From contig JAVJQW010000011.1 of assembly GCA_040218735.1 (NCBI GenBank), positions 96,001 through 160,000 on the forward strand: a stretch of 64,000 nucleotides of DNA. The letters are read 5' to 3'. Of the stretch, positions 36,983 through 46,602 are shown one piece after another. The position numbers were made by a program, and so were the translations under genes. This stretch comes from Deltaproteobacteria bacterium (GTDB lineage: Bacteria > Myxococcota > Kuafuiibacteriia > Kuafuiibacteriales > Kuafuiibacteriaceae). How positions within the stretch are numbered: position 1 is the stretch's first letter; each line of letters opens with the position of its first letter. Under the pieces are notes generated by a model. That model searched no databases and was not told the DNA's origin. It saw only the letters and a program-made list of their open reading frames with translations.

Positions 36983-37723
36983 TCAGACCGCTTCGATCGA
37001 CTCACTCGGGGCGTCCTCGACGATACGGCGCGGGTTCGTGGTCAGCAGGACGTCCACATCCCCGCCCCGCTTCTTCACGAGTTTCTCGAGCACCTTCTTC
37101 GACGGCCCCACGATCTTGTCCACGTCCTCCGGCCGGTGCAGGTCACACGCCGCGACGTGGTACGCGCCCGCCTTCACGAGGCGCTCCGAGGCCTTCTTCG
37201 CGGTCCGACCGTAGTGGCCAACGAGGCTCCCGGCGTCGAGTTGGAGGAGCACCCCGTTGCGCGCGAAGATCTCCTGCGCAGCGTCGAGATCACGCGCGAC
37301 CTGCTCGCAGCGTTCCGGATGCGCGATGACCGGCACGTAGCCGCACAATCGGATCTCGTAGAGGAGGTCGTCGAAGCGCGGCGGGAGCTGACGCAGCGGC
37401 AGCTCGATCAACACGTACCGGCTCGACTCCCCGAGCGTGAGGAGCGTCTTGGCCTTCGCCGCCGCGAGCAGCTCGGGCGCAAAGTAATACTCGGCGCCGA
37501 GGAACAGCTCCATCCCCACCGGCTCGAGGAGCGGCGCGACCTCGTCCCGGCGACGCCGGATCCCGTCCGGGTCGTTGTCGAACATGCCCGGGCGGATGTG
37601 GGGCGTCGCGACGAACCCGCGGTGCCCCGCGGCCTTGGCGCGCTCCGCGAGGGCGACCGACTCGGCCGGCGTCCGGCAACCGTCGTCGAGCCCGAACAGG
37701 ACGTGGTTGTGGAGGTCCAGCAC
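36983..37723 (-). CDS. PHP-family protein tyrosine phosphatase (CpsB/CapC/YwqE-like)
   Basis: DLHNHVL.GLDDG, ATPH, GAEY, YVLIELP, PVIAHPER, DLH. Confidence 0.92.
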   Translation of the reverse strand: MLDLHNHVLFGLDDGCRTPAESVALAERAKAAGHRGFVATPHIRPGMFDNDPDGIRRRRDEVAPLLEPVGMELFLGAEYYFAPELLAAAKAKTLLTLGESSRYVLIELPLRQLPPRFDDLLYEIRLCGYVPVIAHPERCEQVARDLDAAQEIFARNGVLLQLDAGSLVGHYGRTAKKASERLVKAGAYHVAACDLHRPEDVDKIVGPSKKVLEKLVKKRGGDVDVLLTTNPRRIVEDAPSESIEAV

Positions 37724-37753
37724 TTCAGGTCCGCATGATAGCCTCCACCACCA

Positions 37754-37957
37754 ATGGCCGCATGGGCGTATAAGGTCTTGGTGCTTCCCTCCTCGCACTA
37801 CGAATACGACGAGGAGGTGCTGAACCTGCAGGGTGAACATGGATGGGAGCTCGTGAATCTGCTGTTCGACACGCAGGGCAACCGCGTCGCGTACCTGAAA
37901 CGTCCGTCGGACGGGCCGGCGCCGGATCTCGAGACCACACTCAACGACGGTCAGTGA
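37754..37957 (+). CDS. DUF4177-like small protein
   Basis: WAYKVL...EEVLNLQGEHGWELV...YLKRP. Confidence 0.8.
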   Translation: MAAWAYKVLVLPSSHYEYDEEVLNLQGEHGWELVNLLFDTQGNRVAYLKRPSDGPAPDLETTLNDGQ

Positions 37958-37965
37958 GGGTACGC

Positions 37966-40926
37966 ATGATGCGTCGACGGATCCCCGCCCTACTCTTCTT
38001 CGCCCTCGCCGCGTGCAGCGGCGGCGACGACGACCCGATGACCCCGCGCGACGGCGGGACCCGCGACACGGGCCCGACCGAAACGCCGCGCGACGGCGGC
38101 CCGCGCGACGGAGGCGTCATCGACTCCGGCCTCCCCCCCGACGCGGGCGTGCTCTTCTCCGAGTCGAGCTGCGCCGCGTGTGACACCGGGTGCCCGGGCG
38201 GCATGTGCCTCAACACGCAGACCGAGAGCTTCTGCGCGGATGCATGCGGCGACGACCTCGACGGGTGCATCGACGGCTACACCTGCTTCGACATCGCGCA
38301 GGGGATGGGGACCCCGCAGTACTTCTGCGTCCCGCCCGGCGCGACGTGTGAGGAGCCCGCAACCAACCACGGGACGAGCTGCTACGGCGACGTGTCGGCG
38401 TGCGGCCCGGGGATGGACTGGTGCGAGGGGGACTACTTCGCGCTCGGGTACTGCACCACGAGCTGCGCGGGCGGGAGCGCCTGCCCGCCCGGGTACACGT
38501 GCGGCGTCGGCGACGACTTCATCACGCCGACGTGCATTGCAACCCAGCTTGCGGGCGCCGAGTACTGCGGGCGCCGCAACGATCTCGAGCTCACCGAGAC
38601 CCCCTGCACCCTCGACCGCGAGTGCATGCAGGGCCTCGTGTGCGTGAAGAGCGAGCCGTCCCTCCCGGGTGTCTGCGCGCCGCCGTGCGGCGCCGGCTGT
38701 GATCCCGACAAGACGTGCCGCACCACCCTCCGCGGCGACGTCTGCCTCAGCCGCGACTGCGCGTGCCACGGCGAGACGGTGCCCGAGGGGACGCGGAACC
38801 TGATGGCCGAGGCGCTCGCGAACGTCGACATGACGAGGTGCAGCGCCATCTGGGACACCTTCGCGTTTGCGAACCTCCCGAAGGACCTCCTCCTCGACCC
38901 GTACCGGCTCAGCTGGTTCGACGACATCCACAACGAGCCGCTCCGCGGACCCGACTTCGCGAAGGGGGTCGTGCGCGACCTCGACGCCGCCGCGGAGGAC
39001 GACGGGATGGCGCCGCCGCGCCGCGCCGCGCGCATGGTGGAGCGGCTCGCGGAGCTGATCGACTTCCCCGCGAACGGGAGCGCCCCCGGGATGCTCGATC
39101 CGGTCGAGCCGCTGACCGAGGCGATGGTGGATCTGATCAACGCTACCGGCGGCAACCCGGACCGCGCCGCGATCCTCGCCGACGCGGCGGACGTCCCGAT
39201 GGATCTTCAGCTCGCGCTCGCGGAGGTGCTCGACGCCATTCGTCGCGCGGACGCGAAGCAGAAGCTGGCCGTGCCGAACGCGAACAACCGCAACAACCTG
39301 TACGACTTCGGCGCCGCCTTCATCGCGCCGCGCGCGGATCGGTTCGGCCTCAACGTCGCGACGCCCAACACCCAGCGGCTCCTCAACGAGGACATCCCGT
39401 ACGGCGAGTTGTACGGCGCGCAAGTCGACTTGCTCGACGCGATCGGCATGGCGGCGCTGCACCGCTTCGCCGCGACGCCGAGCACCACCGCGACCGCCGC
39501 GGCGACGTACGTGTTCGTCCAGGACACGCCGATCGGCCGCGTCGCGATCTCCGACGGCGAAAACGGCGTGCACACCGACGACGCCCCGGACGGCTGGGCG
39601 CTCCTCGTCGACCTCGGCGGCGACGACCTCTACCGAGTCCCCGCCGGCGGCAACGTGAACGCGACGAACTCGGTGTCGGTGCTCATCGATCTGAGCGGCG
39701 ACGATCGCTACGGCTACGTCGAGGTCCCGCACCCGCTCGACGACATGCGCCTGGTGTCGGACGCGGGCGGCCGCTACACGCCCACCGCGGGCCCCGACGA
39801 GGACAACGGCCCGACGAGCTTCTCCGAGACCCCGCGTCAGGGCGGCGGCCGCATGGGCACTGCGACGCTCGTCGACCTCGGCGGCGGCGACGACGAGTAC
39901 CGATCGCTTCGGCTGTCGCAGGGCACCGGTGTGTTCGGCACCGGCGTGCTCGTCGACGACGACGGCGACGACCTCTACCTCGGCGAGGCCGCGATGCAGG
40001 GCGCCGCGGCGTTCGGCATCGGTCTGCTCTTCGACGGCGGCGGCAACGACGAGCGCCGCGCCTACCAGTTCGCGCAGGGCTTCGCGTACGCGCGCGCGGC
40101 GGGCGCGGTCTACGACGTCGCGGGCGACGACTTCTACTTCCTCGACCCCGGCGATCCGGACGCGGGCGGCGACCCGCTGTACTACTCGGCGCAGCGTCCC
40201 GGTCGCGCGAACTCTTCGCTCGGCCAGGGCTTTGCGTTCGGTCGCCGCGCGGACTTCACGGACCGCGCGTTCATGAGCGGCGGCGTCGGCATCCTCGTCG
40301 ACGCGTCGGGGAGCGACCGCTACGACGGGAGCATCTTCGTGCAGGGCGGCGGGTTCTGGTTCGGCACCGGCATCCTCGCCGACCACGAGGGTGACGACGC
40401 CTACGACGCGCTCTGGTACGCGATGGGGACCGGCGCACACTACGCGCTCGGCTTCCTGCTCGAGGGCGCCGGCAACGACACCTACGGCGGCGCGCTCCCG
40501 CGCGTGAATGTGACGATCGCGGGCGCGCACGACTACACGGCGGCGTTCCTGATCGACGAGTCGGGCGACGACGTCTACAACGGCTCGCGCATCACGCTCG
40601 GCGCCGGCAACGTGAACGGCATCGGCTTCTTCGTCGACAACGCGGGCGACGACGAGTACCGCCCGCGTACCGCCTACGGCGTCGGCAACGCGGCCCTGTC
40701 GGAGAACACCGACGCGGGCAACGCGCGCCGCAAGGTCCGCAGCGTCGGTGTGTTCATCGACGCGGGCGGCACCGATCTGTACGAGGTGAACGGTATGCCG
40801 CCGGAGGCGAACCTCGGCAACGATCAGACCTGGCGCCAGGCGCAGAACATGGACCCCGCTATCAACCGGAACGAGCGCGGATCGGGCGTCGATGGCGTCG
40901 GGGAGTCCACGCTCCACGCCCGCTAA
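37966..40926 (+). CDS. Large lipoprotein with Cys-rich N-terminus and tandem D-x-x-G-[DN]-D-x-Y repeats
   Basis: Lipobox LAAC; RDGG linker; about 12 copies of hhD..GDD.Y. Confidence 0.85.
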   Translation: MMRRRIPALLFFALAACSGGDDDPMTPRDGGTRDTGPTETPRDGGPRDGGVIDSGLPPDAGVLFSESSCAACDTGCPGGMCLNTQTESFCADACGDDLDGCIDGYTCFDIAQGMGTPQYFCVPPGATCEEPATNHGTSCYGDVSACGPGMDWCEGDYFALGYCTTSCAGGSACPPGYTCGVGDDFITPTCIATQLAGAEYCGRRNDLELTETPCTLDRECMQGLVCVKSEPSLPGVCAPPCGAGCDPDKTCRTTLRGDVCLSRDCACHGETVPEGTRNLMAEALANVDMTRCSAIWDTFAFANLPKDLLLDPYRLSWFDDIHNEPLRGPDFAKGVVRDLDAAAEDDGMAPPRRAARMVERLAELIDFPANGSAPGMLDPVEPLTEAMVDLINATGGNPDRAAILADAADVPMDLQLALAEVLDAIRRADAKQKLAVPNANNRNNLYDFGAAFIAPRADRFGLNVATPNTQRLLNEDIPYGELYGAQVDLLDAIGMAALHRFAATPSTTATAAATYVFVQDTPIGRVAISDGENGVHTDDAPDGWALLVDLGGDDLYRVPAGGNVNATNSVSVLIDLSGDDRYGYVEVPHPLDDMRLVSDAGGRYTPTAGPDEDNGPTSFSETPRQGGGRMGTATLVDLGGGDDEYRSLRLSQGTGVFGTGVLVDDDGDDLYLGEAAMQGAAAFGIGLLFDGGGNDERRAYQFAQGFAYARAAGAVYDVAGDDFYFLDPGDPDAGGDPLYYSAQRPGRANSSLGQGFAFGRRADFTDRAFMSGGVGILVDASGSDRYDGSIFVQGGGFWFGTGILADHEGDDAYDALWYAMGTGAHYALGFLLEGAGNDTYGGALPRVNVTIAGAHDYTAAFLIDESGDDVYNGSRITLGAGNVNGIGFFVDNAGDDEYRPRTAYGVGNAALSENTDAGNARRKVRSVGVFIDAGGTDLYEVNGMPPEANLGNDQTWRQAQNMDPAINRNERGSGVDGVGESTLHAR

Positions 40927-40948
40927 TTGTGGTATTCATCCGCAGCCG

Positions 40949-41032
40949 GCCGGGATGGCGAAATTGGTCATACGCGGGGGCCTTAAAAGCCTCTGTCCTC
41001 TGGACGTCAGGGTTCGAGTCCCTGTCCCGGCA
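40949..41032 (+). tRNA. tRNA-Leu(TAA), CCA not encoded
   Basis: GCCGGGATGGCGAAATTGGTCATACGCGGGGGCCTTAAAAGCCTCTGTCCTCTGGACGTCAGGGTTCGAGTCCCTGTCCCGGCA; anticodon TAA, long variable arm. Confidence 0.95.
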
Positions 41033-42269
41033 TGAACGCCACGTGGGATCCCTCGGCGGGGATCACCAGCGTGGTGTGGATCGTCGTACCGGCGCCCGGC
41101 GCCGACTGGACGTCGAACGTGCCGCGGAACTTCTGGGCACGCTCCTTCAGGTTCGTGAGCCCGTAGTGTCCGCTGCGGGAGGCGGTCGCCGCTTCGAAGC
41201 CCTTCCCGTCGTCGGTGACGATCAGCGAGACCATGTCGCCGTCGTACTTGAGCCGCACCTCGACGTTCTTCGCCTCTGCGTGTTTCGCCGTGTTGGTCAG
41301 GCACTCCTGCAGGATGCGGAAGATCGCGAGCTGCATCTCACTCGGGAGGCGCCGCGTCCGGCCGCGGACCTTGAACGCACACCACGAACGCGACCGCTCC
41401 TGGAACCGCATGCAGTAGTCCTCGAGCGCTTTGTGCAGGTCGAAGTCACGACGCATCATCGTGAGCGACCGTCGCAGCTCGTCGATCGCCTCCTCCGCCT
41501 GCGCCTTGAGCTCCTGGATCTCGTCGCGCAGCGGCGGGTCCTTCGCCATGCGCAGGATGAACTCCGACTGGATGATCAGCGTGGACAGCGAACCACCGAG
41601 CCCGTCGTGGATCTCGCGCGCCAGCCGCAATCGCTCCTCGGTGATGATCGCCGACTCCTGGCTCTTCGTGAGCTCCCGGAGCTGACTCGTCCGGCGCTCG
41701 TCGCGCGCCGACAGGTAGAGCAGGACGTACGCCGCGATCAGCGACAGCGTGGAGTACCACCCGACGAGGAACACCCCCTCGCCCAGCGCGCCGCCCGCGC
41801 CGAAGGTGCGGTCGAGGCTCGCGACGATCGGCAACACCAAGAGCGGCGGCACCAACGCAAAACGCTGCGGGAACAACAGCACGAAGAAGATCGCGAACAA
41901 CACCTGCGCGCCCATCACCGGCGACTGCAGCCCGCCGCTCGGGAGGACCATCATCGTCAGCGCGCACAGATCCAGGCACAGCGTCGCAAACGTCAGCGGG
42001 CGACCGAGGGTGGGATGATCGATCAGCAGGAAGTTCGCGACCGAGTAGGCGATCACCGCGAAGTACACGACGAACGCGATCGAGCTCGTCGTCCCCAGGA
42101 AGCGCGACCACGAGGGGACCGCGAGCACACACAGACCGATCGCGAGGAACGCGAGGCGCGCGTAGAACAGCGCCCGCGCCCGATCCGAGAAGCTCTCCGT
42201 GATCTGGAGGGCATCTTCCGTCGCCCCGTCCAGCGCGGCCGAGCCGCCGTAGGTGGGTGGCATCGACAC
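41007..42269 (-). CDS. Membrane sensor histidine kinase, HisKA_3 (NarX/LiaS/DesK-type)
   Basis: About 5-6 TM segments; EERLRLAREIHDGLG, QECLTNTAKHA, DDGKGF, GLTNLKER, PGAGT. Confidence 0.93.
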   Translation of the reverse strand: MSMPPTYGGSAALDGATEDALQITESFSDRARALFYARLAFLAIGLCVLAVPSWSRFLGTTSSIAFVVYFAVIAYSVANFLLIDHPTLGRPLTFATLCLDLCALTMMVLPSGGLQSPVMGAQVLFAIFFVLLFPQRFALVPPLLVLPIVASLDRTFGAGGALGEGVFLVGWYSTLSLIAAYVLLYLSARDERRTSQLRELTKSQESAIITEERLRLAREIHDGLGGSLSTLIIQSEFILRMAKDPPLRDEIQELKAQAEEAIDELRRSLTMMRRDFDLHKALEDYCMRFQERSRSWCAFKVRGRTRRLPSEMQLAIFRILQECLTNTAKHAEAKNVEVRLKYDGDMVSLIVTDDGKGFEAATASRSGHYGLTNLKERAQKFRGTFDVQSAPGAGTTIHTTLVIPAEGSHVAFMPGQGLEP

Positions 42270-42324
42270 GTCCTAACACGAGTCGCTTGACCCCTCACGC
42301 ATCAGGCGGGATGGACAAGGCACC

Positions 42325-43719
42325 GTGTGTGGCGTGTTCGGCATCTGGTCCCATCCGGAGGCCGCCAAGCTGGCGTACCTGGGCCTCCACGCCCTCCAGC
42401 ACCGCGGCCAGGAAGCCGCCGGGATCGTCGCGGCGGGCCGTGAAGATCAGCGCTACGCCCGGCACCTCGGCCGCGGCCTCGTCGCCGACGTCTTCACCGA
42501 GACGACGCTCACCCGCCTCGCCGGACAGCACGCGATCGGGCACGTCCGCTACTCGACCGCGGGGGGCACCGGGCAGGAGAACGCCCAACCGTTCTCGGTC
42601 CAGACCAGCAAGGGCCCGCTCGCGCTCGCGCACAACGGGAACCTCGTCAACGCCAAGGAGATCCGCGAGACACTCGAACGCGAGGGCGCCATCTTCTCGA
42701 CGCCCGGCGACTCCGAGGTCTTCGTCCACCTCCTCGCGCGGGCCCGCGCGCCGCGCCTCGTCGACCGCGTCCGCGAAGCCGCCGCGCAGGTCATCGGCGC
42801 GTACACCCTGATCATGATGCACGCGGGCGGCATGATCGGCGTGCGCGATCCGGAGGGCTTCAGGCCGCTCGTCCTCGGCGAGCTCAACGGCGCCCACGTC
42901 CTCGCGAGCGAGACCAGCGCGCTGGAGCTCATCGGCGCCACGTTCCTGCGCGAAGTGAAGCCGGGGGAGATCGTCTCCATCGACAAAAACGGCGTGCACA
43001 GCGAACGCCTCGTCCACGCGCCCGACGCCCGCCCCTGCTCGTGTGTCTTCGAGCTCGTCTACTTCGCGCGCCCGGACAGCTCGATCTTCGAGCGCAGCGT
43101 CTACGAAGCGCGCGTGAAGATGGGGAAGCACCTCGCCGAAGAGCAGCCCGCCGAAGCCGACCTCGTCGTGCCGGTACCGGACTCGGGTGTCCCCGCCGCG
43201 CTCGGGTTCGCGGAGGCCTCCGGCATCCCGTTCCGCCACGGCCTCCTGCGCAGCCACTACGTCGGCCGCACGTTCATCGAGCCCGAGCAGTCGATCCGCC
43301 ACTTCGGTGTGAAGCTGAAGCTCAGCCCGATCCGCTCGGTGCTGGAGGGCAAACGCGTCGTGGTCGTCGACGACTCGATCGTGCGCGGCACCACCAGCCG
43401 CAAGATCGTCGGGATGCTCCGCAGCGCGGGCGCGAAGGAGGTCCACCTGCGGATCTCGTCGCCGCCGTCGCGCTACCCCTGCTTCTACGGCATCGACACC
43501 CCCACACGCACCGAGCTCATCGCCGCGCAGAAGTCCGTCGAAGAGACGCGCGACTTCATCACCGCCGACAGCCTCGGCTACCTCTCGGAGGCGGGCCTGC
43601 ACGCGGCGGCGAACGACGCCGAGCAGGAGCGCTTCTGCAACGCGTGTTTCACCGGTCGCTACACGTCGGGCCGCGAGCTCATCGAGCCGCGCCTCGTCCA
43701 GCTCCCGAGCAACGCGTAG
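42325..43719 (+). CDS. purF: Amidophosphoribosyltransferase
   Basis: MCGVFG, LQHRGQEAAG, GHVRYSTAG, AHNGNL, VVDDSIVRGTTS, PCFYGID. Confidence 0.98.
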   Translation: MCGVFGIWSHPEAAKLAYLGLHALQHRGQEAAGIVAAGREDQRYARHLGRGLVADVFTETTLTRLAGQHAIGHVRYSTAGGTGQENAQPFSVQTSKGPLALAHNGNLVNAKEIRETLEREGAIFSTPGDSEVFVHLLARARAPRLVDRVREAAAQVIGAYTLIMMHAGGMIGVRDPEGFRPLVLGELNGAHVLASETSALELIGATFLREVKPGEIVSIDKNGVHSERLVHAPDARPCSCVFELVYFARPDSSIFERSVYEARVKMGKHLAEEQPAEADLVVPVPDSGVPAALGFAEASGIPFRHGLLRSHYVGRTFIEPEQSIRHFGVKLKLSPIRSVLEGKRVVVVDDSIVRGTTSRKIVGMLRSAGAKEVHLRISSPPSRYPCFYGIDTPTRTELIAAQKSVEETRDFITADSLGYLSEAGLHAAANDAEQERFCNACFTGRYTSGRELIEPRLVQLPSNA

Positions 43720-43722
43720 CCG

Positions 43723-46602
43723 TCACCACTCGAGCGGGTGGCCCGCGATGTCGTCCTTGGACGTGGTCACGAAGACCTGCGTCGCGCCGCCGAGGTAGGC
43801 GAGCATCTGGGCGAGGAGCTTGCGTTTCTTCGCCGAGAACTTCGTGAAGGGGTCGTCGAAGAGCACCGGGATGCGGCGCTCGCGCACGATGGCCTCCACG
43901 AGGCAGAACCGCAGCGCGGCGTCGACGAGGTCGAGCTGCTCCCCCTCGAGCTGCGTGTACGCGGTGGATTCGTCGGCCGCGGTGTAGAGCGTGACCTCGC
44001 CGCGGGGGCCAAAGGAGGCCGTACGGAAGTGACCGTCGGTGAACGCGACGAGGTACTGCCCGAGGCGGCGCTCGATCGCCTGCCCGAGGTCGTCGACCTG
44101 GCGCTGGAGGACGTCGACCGCCGCCTGCATCAGGTCGCGCGACCGGTCGGGGATCATCGCGCCGCCCGAGCCGTCGTAGGTACCGACACCGTACCCGCCG
44201 CTTCCGCCGCCGCCGCCGCCGTAGCCGCCCACCGCGAAGTAACCGCTCGCGCCCTGCCCGCCCGACGAGTCGGACCGCCCCGACGACGACGCGCCGTAGC
44301 CGGAACCGTAGCCGTCTTCGTCGTCATCGTCCTCTTCGACCAACGATCCACCGCCGAAGTCGAACATCGCGCGCGCGTTGCTGTCGGCGTTGGGGATCGG
44401 CTGCTTCGGTACCGGCGGCGCGGGCTGCGGCTCGCCGGGGTACGCCTTCGTGATGATGCTCGGCTCGCGCGCGAGGGGATCGGCGGGCGCCGACTCGTTC
44501 GTCTGCGAGAACTCGCGCGGATCGATCGGCGTGACAAACGTCGAGAACGACCGCGGGCGCGCCGTGCGCAGCTCCGGGACGTCCGACGCGACGTCCGGTG
44601 CAGGCAGCGGCGGCGACGAGGGGAACGACGGGAGCTTGGCCCTGACCCCGGGCGAGCTCGCGAGGGGATCCGGGTTCTCGAAGTCGCCGGTGCGTACACC
44701 CGGGATGTCGTCGCTCTTGATCTTGCCGAGATCGTCCGTCGAGAACCGAGGCACGTCCCCGGTTCGCACGGGGAGGTCCCGCGTCGGCGGTGACGCGGGT
44801 GTGCCGACGATCGATCCTCCGCGTGGACGCGGCACCGGTGCGCCGCTCGCCCCACGTGGCAGCGGCGCGCGGACTCCACTCGCCGCCCTCGGGATTGGCG
44901 TGCCCGGGACACTCGTCGCGCGCGGCGGCGCCCCGCCCGGGATAGGCGTGCCGACGATGGAGCCGGTCCGCGTCCGCTCCGGCGGTGGGAGGTCCGGCGT
45001 CCCGACGATCGAGCTCGCGCGCTGCTTCGGTTCACCGAGATCCGTCGCGAGGCGATCGATGCGGCGGTTCAGCGTGTCGACCGAAAGCAGCGAGCCCGCC
45101 CCCGCCATGACATCGGCCTCCAGCGCCTCGAGGCGCCGCTCGATCGCGGTGAGCTCCGCGGTCGCGGAGCTCAGCTCCGAGTCGCGCATGAGCGACGCGA
45201 GGGTCTCCTCCGCGATCATGCGTTGGTGCTGCACGCGCTCCTGCGCTTCGAGGCGTTCGAGGAGCGCGGCCGGGGAGTCGACGTCGAGCTTGGTCATCAG
45301 GCGCTTCGTCGCGCCGGTGTCGAGGTTGTGCTGTTTCTCCAGGCGCGTGAGTCGGTCCTTCGCGGCGGTGTGTCGGACGGCGCGCCGGGCGCGGCCCTCG
45401 AGGTCGGAGATGAAGCGCAGCGCCGAACCACCCACGACCAGCGCGCACGCGACATTGAGCAGCGCGAGCATCGGGGCGGCGAGCACCCCGGCCAGCACGA
45501 GGAAGCCGACGACGCCCAGCAGCCCGCCGAGGAAGTACGGATCCTTCTCGAGCGGTTGGATGAACGCGTTGCGCTCCTCCGCTTCGAGCGCGATCAGCTC
45601 GTCGTCGAGTCGCGCGCGGTCGTCCATGAACTTGGCTTCGAGCTCTTCGTAGTGCCGCAGGCGCTCGGTGAATCCGCTCGGGAGGTTCTGGAGGTCGTCG
45701 CCGGGGGCGTCCTGTTCGATGCGCTCGAGCTCCGCCTTCACGCGCGACACCCGCTCGACCTTCTCGGCGAGCTCGAACTTGCGGTGGTTGAGCTGGTCGA
45801 TCTCGTCCTGCGCCCGCTCGGACCGCACCAGCGTCTCGAGCTGCCCCTTGAGCTTGGCGAGCTCGGCGCGCGCCTCCTCCTTGGAGGCCTTCTTCTTCTC
45901 GGGCGTCGGGGCCGCGGAGCCCGGATCCTCGAGCTCGGACTGCACCAGCGCGTTGGTGACGTTGAGCGAGGAGCCGAAGGTCCCCGGCATCACGCCGCTC
46001 ATGTGGGAGAGCGCGCGCGGCGGCGCGGCGCCCAGCGCGCTGTCGGGGCGCGCCATGACGCCGGAGAGGTGGTGGTGCTGCATCCCCCCCGCGAGCCCCG
46101 GCGCGGAGGGTGCGGGGGCGTTCGACATCAGCGGCGCGCCGCTCTTGGTGCGCGCGCGCTCCAGCCTCGACGGCATCGACTCCGGCGAGAAGACGAAGAG
46201 GCGCTCGTAGGAGACCTCGTCCGGGAGGTGCTGCTGGACGCGTACGTAGTTGGCGGCGTCTTTCGTGACGTCGGTGAACAACGTGTACTGCTTCGTCGCC
46301 TGGTCGAACTTGTAGAGCTTGATCGCTCCGCTGTCCGCCTCGCGGATCATTCGGTACGTGACCTTGTCGCGACCGAAGAACGTGAGCGCCGCGCGCGACC
46401 GGTCGGCGCGCGACATGACGAGGTGTGCGGTCGCGTTGTGCCGCGCGGGGTCCGCGAAGAGCGTGTGATAGAAGGCGTCGAACAGAGCGGTGCCCAGCGC
46501 GCGATCCGAAGGATGCGCGACGTTCAGCCCGGGCTTCATGCGAAGCCGGACCAGCTCCGGAAAGCCCTTGATGCCCTGGAGCGCGAGCTCGACGACGATC
46601 AT
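43723..46602 (-). CDS. SMC/Rad50/YhaN-like coiled-coil protein with degenerate ATPase motifs, TM hairpin and Pro-rich insert
   Basis: N-terminal ELALQGIKGF...PGLNV; coiled coil; C-terminal AALRFCL...PVLFDDPF (Walker B/D-loop-like). Confidence 0.75.
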   Translation of the reverse strand: MIVVELALQGIKGFPELVRLRMKPGLNVAHPSDRALGTALFDAFYHTLFADPARHNATAHLVMSRADRSRAALTFFGRDKVTYRMIREADSGAIKLYKFDQATKQYTLFTDVTKDAANYVRVQQHLPDEVSYERLFVFSPESMPSRLERARTKSGAPLMSNAPAPSAPGLAGGMQHHHLSGVMARPDSALGAAPPRALSHMSGVMPGTFGSSLNVTNALVQSELEDPGSAAPTPEKKKASKEEARAELAKLKGQLETLVRSERAQDEIDQLNHRKFELAEKVERVSRVKAELERIEQDAPGDDLQNLPSGFTERLRHYEELEAKFMDDRARLDDELIALEAEERNAFIQPLEKDPYFLGGLLGVVGFLVLAGVLAAPMLALLNVACALVVGGSALRFISDLEGRARRAVRHTAAKDRLTRLEKQHNLDTGATKRLMTKLDVDSPAALLERLEAQERVQHQRMIAEETLASLMRDSELSSATAELTAIERRLEALEADVMAGAGSLLSVDTLNRRIDRLATDLGEPKQRASSIVGTPDLPPPERTRTGSIVGTPIPGGAPPRATSVPGTPIPRAASGVRAPLPRGASGAPVPRPRGGSIVGTPASPPTRDLPVRTGDVPRFSTDDLGKIKSDDIPGVRTGDFENPDPLASSPGVRAKLPSFPSSPPLPAPDVASDVPELRTARPRSFSTFVTPIDPREFSQTNESAPADPLAREPSIITKAYPGEPQPAPPVPKQPIPNADSNARAMFDFGGGSLVEEDDDDEDGYGSGYGASSSGRSDSSGGQGASGYFAVGGYGGGGGGSGGYGVGTYDGSGGAMIPDRSRDLMQAAVDVLQRQVDDLGQAIERRLGQYLVAFTDGHFRTASFGPRGEVTLYTAADESTAYTQLEGEQLDLVDAALRFCLVEAIVRERRIPVLFDDPFTKFSAKKRKLLAQMLAYLGGATQVFVTTSKDDIAGHPLEW

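Noticed and set aside
30118-41032. Genomic island bounded by tRNAs
   Set aside because: No integrase, no att-like direct repeat at a distance, and no visible compositional shift.
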